Under the pieces are notes generated by a model. That model was not told the DNA's origin and searched no databases. It saw nothing but the letters and a program-made list of their open reading frames with translations. From a virus (Duplodnaviria > Heunggongvirae > Uroviricota > Caudoviricetes): a stretch of 49,498 nt of DNA. Shown in pieces: positions 43,444 through 49,498 of the stretch; position 1 is the stretch's first letter; each line of letters begins with the position of its first letter. The position numbers and the translations under genes are program-made. The DNA is taken from the IMG/VR virus record IMGVR_UViG_3300029839_000128, one strand, 5' to 3'.

Positions 43444-43818
43444 ATGGCTGACATTCCTTTCTTTGGTGGAGTAGCTACATCGGGCGGAGGATCAGGCGGA
43501 ACAACAAACTATGATATGTTGATCAATAAGCCGGTAATCAATGTATCAGGCGATCCAGTTGTAATTTGTGATTTGGAAACCGGAGTTTACAACATTGAAG
43601 GTACATGGTCAATTACTTCTGACGATGTAAAGAGAGAGACATTGAAAGACGATCTTTTCTATGTATCGAACGATGAAGTTGAGTGCAGACTTACTTGGAT
43701 TTCGGCGGGTATGTTTCACACATATCAAGTTCCCTCTGGAGGCAGTGCGTCTGACATTAGCGAAGATACACTCGCAACTGCTGACGGTGTTATTTCACAA
43801 ATGGTTGGACAATTTTAG
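43444..43818 (+). CDS. hypothetical tail-associated protein
   Basis: GGGSGGTTNYDMLINKP motif seen in tail fibre proteins; strong RBS. Confidence 0.65.
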   Translation: MADIPFFGGVATSGGGSGGTTNYDMLINKPVINVSGDPVVICDLETGVYNIEGTWSITSDDVKRETLKDDLFYVSNDEVECRLTWISAGMFHTYQVPSGGSASDISEDTLATADGVISQMVGQF

Positions 43819-43881
43819 TTGTGCATATGAGCATTAGCTCTTTGCAAATAAATAGCCATTTATGGCAGAAAGGATGATGGT

Positions 43882-44979
43882 ATGGCGCATTTCGTTTATA
43901 CCGGTTTGAAGGAAAATCTTCCTTCAGTTCGTGAGGCGGCATTCTATCTGTGTACGGATACCCGCGAGCTGTATTTTGGGGAAAACCTATTTACAGCAGC
44001 AGTTCGCCCGTATACAGGTGAAAAACCCACGAATCCGGCGGTTGGTATTTTGTATGTCAATACAGATACTGGCGTCGGAGAGATTTACGATGGCTCGCAA
44101 TGGATTCCTCTTATTGGAGACATTGACGCAAGCAACGTGTATTTCGACTCTGATCTGGTGTTCACCTATCAATTTGGTAAGTATATCCCTGTTGATGGTA
44201 AGGTGACAGTTCCTGCTGAGGGGAAGAGCTTCAAAGAGGTACTGTCAGACGCATACGCAGAGGATCAGATGCCGGATATTACACAACCCTCGGTTTCACT
44301 CGTATCGTCTCAAATTAAAGCTTACGAGGTTGGAACATCTGTTACTCCGGCATATACTGCCACTTTTAATCCTGGATCATACGAGTATGGCCCAGAGACT
44401 GGTGTGGAAGTAGAGAGCTGGGAAGTAACCGACACCAATGGTGGTTCAAAGGACACCGCAACCGGTTCGTTTGATGCGTTTGTTGTTGGAGATGACACAA
44501 GTTACTCTATCACCGCGAAAGCAACTCATACTGCCGGCGTTGTGCCTAATACTGCGTTGGAAAATGAGTATGCAGCCGGCCAAATTAAAGCTGGCACAAA
44601 GCAGTCTACAAAGTCCAAAATTTCTGGCTACCGGAACAGCTTCTATGGCACTCTTTCGGCTAAAGACGGAGAGATCAATTCTGCTCTGGTAAGAAGCCTG
44701 CCCACTAAGAGTAATAAAGCTTTGGCAAATGGCAACACCTTTACGATTACCATTCCAACCGGTGCATTGCGTGTAATGTTTGCTTATCCTGCTACATTGC
44801 GCGACGTAACTTCTGTACAGGATGTTAATGGTATGAATGCAGAGATCAAGAGCGCTTTTACTTTGCACAATATTGAGGTTGAAGGAGCTTCTGGTTACAC
44901 CGCTATTGGATACAAGGTTTATGTAATGGATCTTGCCAATGCAAATGACACTGCAAATACCTATAAGGTAACGATTTAA
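43882..44979 (+). CDS. tail fibre-associated protein (Ig-like/beta-rich)
   Basis: N-terminal module shared with 45304-46509; Thr/Ser-rich beta region. Confidence 0.65.
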   Translation: MAHFVYTGLKENLPSVREAAFYLCTDTRELYFGENLFTAAVRPYTGEKPTNPAVGILYVNTDTGVGEIYDGSQWIPLIGDIDASNVYFDSDLVFTYQFGKYIPVDGKVTVPAEGKSFKEVLSDAYAEDQMPDITQPSVSLVSSQIKAYEVGTSVTPAYTATFNPGSYEYGPETGVEVESWEVTDTNGGSKDTATGSFDAFVVGDDTSYSITAKATHTAGVVPNTALENEYAAGQIKAGTKQSTKSKISGYRNSFYGTLSAKDGEINSALVRSLPTKSNKALANGNTFTITIPTGALRVMFAYPATLRDVTSVQDVNGMNAEIKSAFTLHNIEVEGASGYTAIGYKVYVMDLANANDTANTYKVTI

Positions 44980-44996
44980 GAAAGGAGGAAAAGTAG

Positions 44997-45266
44997 ATGG
45001 CAAACTTTGGTCAACTGAATTTTGCGGTTAGTTTTAATCCCACCACTGCTTTCCCCCTTGATGCTCGAAGCTATTTTGACAGCTTGAGCGAAGCACAAGC
45101 GGCGGCAGCTACTGCTGAAGAGGTAGGCAGCTCTAACAGTGTGTATTATATCGGCCAAACTTTGGTGGTTGTTGAAAATGGCGCTGCAACTCCCTATACC
45201 ATTCAGCCGGATAAAACACTGAAAAAACCGGGTGTTTCTTTGGATGAGCTTGTTGCTGATTTTTAA
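44997..45266 (+). CDS. small tail fibre-associated protein
   Basis: AAAGGAGG RBS; FPLDAR..YYIGQ motif. Confidence 0.65.
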   Translation: MANFGQLNFAVSFNPTTAFPLDARSYFDSLSEAQAAAATAEEVGSSNSVYYIGQTLVVVENGAATPYTIQPDKTLKKPGVSLDELVADF

Positions 45267-45303
45267 CAACAACAAATAAAAAAATGAAAGGAAATGATGA
45301 ATT

Positions 45304-46509
45304 ATGGCAAATCTGATTTACAAGGGCAATAAGGCAAACCTTCCTGCTAAGCGCAATGCGACTTCGTTCTATCTGTGCGAGGACACTCGTGAGCTGTACT
45401 TTGGCGCAAATCTTTATACTGAGGCAGTGCGCTTCTATACTACGGACAAGCCTGTTGCTCCTGCACAGGGCGTCCTTTATATTGACACTGTAACTGGTGC
45501 TGGCGATGTTTGGAATGGTACTTCCTGGAGCAATGTAATCAAGGGTTACGCAACCACTATCGCAGAGGGTGCGAATGATACTACTGTGCCTACTACCAAG
45601 GCTACTAAAGACTATATTGATCAGAAGGTATCTGATGTAGTCGCTGGCTCTATTGATGGCCTGGGCGCTCTGGCAAGCAAGGATGAGGTGGCCGAGACCG
45701 ATCTTGCCGCTGCTCTTGCTCAAAAGCTGAATGGTAAGGCCGACCAGACTGCTATGGAGGCTGAGATCGCTCGTGCAACTGCTGCCGAGGGTCAGAATGC
45801 TACCGATATTGATGCTCTTGAGGGTCGTATGGACACCGCCGAGGGTAAGATTACAACTCTGGTTGGTGCCGATACCGGTAAATCTGTTCGCGCCATCGCC
45901 AACGAGGAGTTGGCTGCTCAGCTGATTCCTGAGGATGCTCAGGACTCTCTTGATACTCTCGCTGAGATCGCTGCATGGATTCAGAGCCATCCCGACGATG
46001 CTTCTGCAATGAACGCCGCGATTGCCGCACTGCAGGCCATCCTGGACGGTATTGGCGATACCGAGAGCGGCGAGAAGGCCACTGTGGTTGCTTATGTAAC
46101 TGACGCTATTGCAGCTCTGAACATTGGCGATTATGCTAAGGCTTCTGCCCTGACTGCTCTTGCTGGTCGTGTGACTGCTCTGGAGGGCGCAACTCACACC
46201 CACGCAAACAAGGCTCTGCTGGATACCTACACCCAGACTGAGACTGACCTGGCTGACGCCGTTGCAAAGAAGCACGAGCACACCAACAAGACTGTCCTGG
46301 ACGGCATCACTTCTGAGAAGGTAGCTAAGTGGGATGCCGCAGAGCAGAACGCCAAGGATTATGCTGACGGCTTGGCAGATGATTACGATGCTGCCGGTGC
46401 AGCTAATCAGGCACTTGCGGATGCAAAAGCCTATACCGACGAGAAGGATACCGCTATGGGCGTTCGCATGACCGCCGTAGAGGAAATTGTGACCGTAGGC
46501 ACCTTTTAA
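45304..46509 (+). CDS. tail fibre protein (coiled coil, HxHxNKxxLD repeats)
   Basis: LDTLAEIAAWI motif, two HxHxNK repeats, Ala-rich coiled coil and highly expressed codon usage. Confidence 0.75.
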   Translation: MANLIYKGNKANLPAKRNATSFYLCEDTRELYFGANLYTEAVRFYTTDKPVAPAQGVLYIDTVTGAGDVWNGTSWSNVIKGYATTIAEGANDTTVPTTKATKDYIDQKVSDVVAGSIDGLGALASKDEVAETDLAAALAQKLNGKADQTAMEAEIARATAAEGQNATDIDALEGRMDTAEGKITTLVGADTGKSVRAIANEELAAQLIPEDAQDSLDTLAEIAAWIQSHPDDASAMNAAIAALQAILDGIGDTESGEKATVVAYVTDAIAALNIGDYAKASALTALAGRVTALEGATHTHANKALLDTYTQTETDLADAVAKKHEHTNKTVLDGITSEKVAKWDAAEQNAKDYADGLADDYDAAGAANQALADAKAYTDEKDTAMGVRMTAVEEIVTVGTF

Positions 46510-46546
46510 TCGAGGATACATTATTAGGTTTCTCGAATGACAAACT

Positions 46547-46576
46547 GCGCCCCCACAATGTGGGGGCGCTTTCTTT
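46547..46576 (+). terminator. intrinsic terminator
   Basis: GCGCCCCC-acaatgt-GGGGGCGC followed by TTTCTTT. Confidence 0.8.
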
Positions 46577-46592
46577 ATAAAGGAGGTGCGCT

Positions 46593-47135
46593 GTGGGCTA
46601 CAATTTTCGAGTTTATGAAACGGTTAAAAGCAAGGCAGAGAATACAGGCATTTGCCCGATCATGCCCGGTCAGTATCTGATTTGTACGGACAGTGGTGAT
46701 GTCTACTATGACACAGGAGATAATGTGCGCAAGCATTTGACTGACATTATCGATCTTGCAACAGAAGAGGAAAGATTGGCCGTCCTTGCACCGTTGGACA
46801 AATTCTATTTCGTGAAAAGCACCGCACATTTTTGGCGGTATTTGAATGGTGAATGGGTTGATTTGACTTCTGGTGGTGGAGAAAGCGTAGCGGTATACGC
46901 AACTCTTTCCGCTAATGCGTGGCAAAATGCGCAGCAAACAATTTCTGTATCGGGTCTTGGAGTAAACCAAAATGGCGTAGTTAGTGTAACTCAAAATATT
47001 TCAGCTCAGGCAATGGAAGCAGTAAGAAATGGAATGCTGTATGCCTGTGGGCAAGGTGAAGGAACACTGACTATTGCGGCAGACGGAGATGTTCCTACCT
47101 GTGATATTCCGGTTGTCATTATTTTACTTCGTTAA
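46593..47135 (+). CDS. tail fibre-associated protein
   Basis: AAAGGAGGTG RBS; C-terminal domain paralogous to the next gene. Confidence 0.7.
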   Translation: MGYNFRVYETVKSKAENTGICPIMPGQYLICTDSGDVYYDTGDNVRKHLTDIIDLATEEERLAVLAPLDKFYFVKSTAHFWRYLNGEWVDLTSGGGESVAVYATLSANAWQNAQQTISVSGLGVNQNGVVSVTQNISAQAMEAVRNGMLYACGQGEGTLTIAADGDVPTCDIPVVIILLR

Positions 47136-47153
47136 AAAAGGAGGTGTTGATGT

Positions 47154-47558
47154 ATGGCGGAAACACCTAATTACGGACTTTATTTAGAAGATGACGCCTC
47201 AACAAAATTTCAAATGTGGCGTGAAAAAATGAATGGTTCCGATAATTCAAATATGGTGAAAATCGACACTGCTTTGGGCGAAAAAGCTCAAAAGAGTGAA
47301 CTGATTACTGGTGTACTATCGGCATCAGCATGGAGCGGAGTTGACTCACCCTATACACAAGTTCTCGCAGTAACGGGCCTTACTGCAAATCAAAACGGAA
47401 CAATTTCAGTCGCACAAAATGCGACGATTGAGCAGCGGGAAGCGGCTCGTATGGCAATGTTGGCTGTGATTGGACAATCGGAGGGGAATTTAACCATTGC
47501 TGCTGATGGCGAAATGCCTGACATTGACATTCCTGTTGTTGTTATTCTCTTGGGTTAA
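47154..47558 (+). CDS. tail fibre-associated protein
   Basis: MAETPNYGL..NMVKIDTAL N-terminus; C-terminal LSASAW..PDIDIPVVVI domain. Confidence 0.7.
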   Translation: MAETPNYGLYLEDDASTKFQMWREKMNGSDNSNMVKIDTALGEKAQKSELITGVLSASAWSGVDSPYTQVLAVTGLTANQNGTISVAQNATIEQREAARMAMLAVIGQSEGNLTIAADGEMPDIDIPVVVILLG

Positions 47559-47572
47559 AGGAGGAAATCTTT

Positions 47573-49498
47573 ATGCCTATTATTTCAAATTTTCCAACTG
47601 GAGGCGGTAGTGGCGGAGGTCTTCAGCTTGCTGCCGTTTCTAATATTGTAACAAAGGTCTCGCATGAGAAAGTTTATATTAAATGGACTGATCCTGAAGA
47701 CCTTATTGTTGCTGACTCTACGCTTGCTGAATGGGCTGGTACATTGCTTGTGCGTAAAGCGGGTTCTTATCCTACAAGCAGACGGGATGGAACGGTTATT
47801 TTGGATAGTAAGGTGCGTAATCAATATCAGAACGCATATTTTTGTGATAGCGGATTGACTGATGGCACAACCTACTATTATAAGTTTTTCCCCTATACGA
47901 CAACTAATACCTATACGGAGCATGATGATTGTCAGTTTACGGCGACGCCTGCGGCTCCGGTTATGGGTAATGTAAGCGGCATGAGCGCAGTAGCGGCGGG
48001 TAATGGCAAGTTGGCAATTAAATGGACAGACCCTGCAGCTACTATCACTGACGACGGCCTGACGCTTGCTACATGGGCAAAAACAACAGTTGTAGTTAAA
48101 GCGGGTGGTTATGCTACATCACCTGACGATAGCGCAGCTGCATATAAATATGTGAGCACTACACGCAATGCTTATGCAAGCACACCGCTTACAGCAACAG
48201 GGTTGACGAACGGAACAACTTATTATGTGTCGTTCTTCCCTGAGTCAACTGATGGAGCAGTAAATACAAATACGGCTAACAGAACCACTGGAGAGGCGAA
48301 TCGTATGACTATTGCTACGGTTCCTTCGCAAAGTGGTTCTTTGACTTATACGGGAAGCGCACAGACTCCTTCTTGGAGTAATTATGACACTTCTAAGATG
48401 ACGCTGAGTGTAACTGCGCAAACAAATGCTGGTACATATTCTGCGTCGTTTACGCCTAAAGATGACTACCGTTGGAGTGATGGCAGCACCTCGGCAAAAA
48501 GTGTGTCGTGGACGATCAATAAGGCTACTGGTACTCTGACCGTCAGTAAGGGCACTGTGAATCTTAGCCTTGATACGCCAAGCGATACATTTACTATTGG
48601 CGGAAACCATGATGGCACAATCAGTGTCGTATCAAACAATACTGGTATTGTAACAGTTTCAAGAAGCGGGAACACTGTGACTGTAAACAATGTCAATCAA
48701 ACAACCGGCAACACCACTATTACGGTAAGCTGCGGTGCTGGTACGAATTATACTGCACCAGCAAGTAAGACCGTCAATGTGGTTGCTAAGTTCGTTAGCA
48801 ATGTTTTGAATGAAAACTCTTGGGATGTCATCAAGAGCGTTTCAGACAACGGGCAGGGCGATAACTATTGGGATGTTGGTGATACCAAGACCATTACTAT
48901 CAATGGCAAAATTGGAACTACTAACTTCTCCAGCGTTTCCATTGATGCTTTTATTGCCGGATTTAATCACAACAGCTCTCGCGAGGGATCTAACCGCATT
49001 CACTTTATCATTGGTAAGAAGAGCGGAAAGATGGTTGGGTTGTTTGATAGCAAATATGCGGACGATACCGGCTGGTCTACTGGTACAACCGGAAACTTTG
49101 TAATGAATACCAGTGCCACAAACTCTGGAGGATGGAACAATAGCTATATGAGAAAGACGTTGCTTGGTAACAGCAAGAGTCCTACCAGCCCTCTCGCAAA
49201 TAGCTTTATTGCTGCACTGCCGTCAGATCTAAGAGCTGTTATGAAGTCAGTGACAAAATATACGGATAACACAGCAAATGGCGGAGGCAACCAGAGTTCC
49301 TATGTTACTGCGACTACAGACTATTTGTGGTTGCTTGCAGAATTTGAGGTTCAGGGTACTCGCAGCTATGCTAACTCTTACGAGCAGAACTACCAGGCTC
49401 AATACCAGTATTTTAAGTCTGGTAACAGCAAAATTGCATATAAGTACAATGCTACCGGGACGGCAGTTTACTGGTGGCTCCGCTCCGCCTATTACAGC
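47573..49498 (+). CDS. receptor-binding/adhesin-like protein: FN3/Ig-like domains + DUF6273-like C-terminal domain (3'-truncated; not in ORF track)
   Basis: AAAGGAGG RBS and ATG 47573; the frame (spot-checked) stays open to the window end, ~642 codons. It has two KWTDP..GL(T)xGTTYY FN3-like repeats, then GGWNNSYMR..LPSDLR..DYLWLLAEFEV..YWWLRS. Confidence 0.85.
   Translation, partial: MPIISNFPTGGGSGGGLQLAAVSNIVTKVSHEKVYIKWTDPEDLIVADSTLAEWAGTLLVRKAGSYPTSRRDGTVILDSKVRNQYQNAYFCDSGLTDGTTYYYKFFPYTTTNTYTEHDDCQFTATPAAPVMGNVSGMSAVAAGNGKLAIKWTDPAATITDDGLTLATWAKTTVVVKAGGYATSPDDSAAAYKYVSTTRNAYASTPLTATGLTNGTTYYVSFFPESTDGAVNTNTANRTTGEANRMTIATVPSQSGSLTYTGSAQTPSWSNYDTSKMTLSVTAQTNAGTYSASFTPKDDYRWSDGSTSAKSVSWTINKATGTLTVSKGTVNLSLDTPSDTFTIGGNHDGTISVVSNNTGIVTVSRSGNTVTVNNVNQTTGNTTITVSCGAGTNYTAPASKTVNVVAKFVSNVLNENSWDVIKSVSDNGQGDNYWDVGDTKTITINGKIGTTNFSSVSIDAFIAGFNHNSSREGSNRIHFIIGKKSGKMVGLFDSKYADDTGWSTGTTGNFVMNTSATNSGGWNNSYMRKTLLGNSKSPTSPLANSFIAALPSDLRAVMKSVTKYTDNTANGGGNQSSYVTATTDYLWLLAEFEVQGTRSYANSYEQNYQAQYQYFKSGNSKIAYKYNATGTAVYWWLRSAYYS

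Noticed and set aside
45133..46521. 462-aa minus-strand ORF
   Set aside because: It is an antisense shadow of the Ala-rich tail fibre gene.

Overview
This window is a single co-oriented (+ strand) segment of a large tailed phage or prophage with SPbeta-like late-gene organisation. The host is probably a Clostridia/Firmicutes bacterium, inferred from AGGAGG-type RBSs, a sigmaA-type promoter and a Firmicutes boxA. In order it holds: (1) an 8-oxoG glycosylase, a helicase-like ATPase and small ORFs; (2) a YonO-like single-subunit RNA polymerase, then YonK-like, YonJ-like phosphoesterase and HU genes; (3) a 4.7-kb RNA operon at 8320-13002; (4) terminase, portal, protease/scaffold, capsid, neck and major tail genes; (5) a RuvC-ClpP-PhoH block; (6) a 2835-aa tape measure, Dit, Tal/spike and tail-fibre genes, ending in a truncated FN3 + DUF6273-like receptor-binding gene that may be a DGR target. 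The RNA operon is the most unusual part. It carries a strong promoter, a boxA, a ~570-650 nt RNA closed by a 40-bp stem (ROOL-like by size and context), 23 tRNAs, a tmRNA, several structured spacers and three copies of an ACAGCAAC 'armless tRNA-like' element. Its start is laid out like a bacterial rRNA operon. All family assignments come from motif recognition and synteny by eye; no database searches or folding programs were run.
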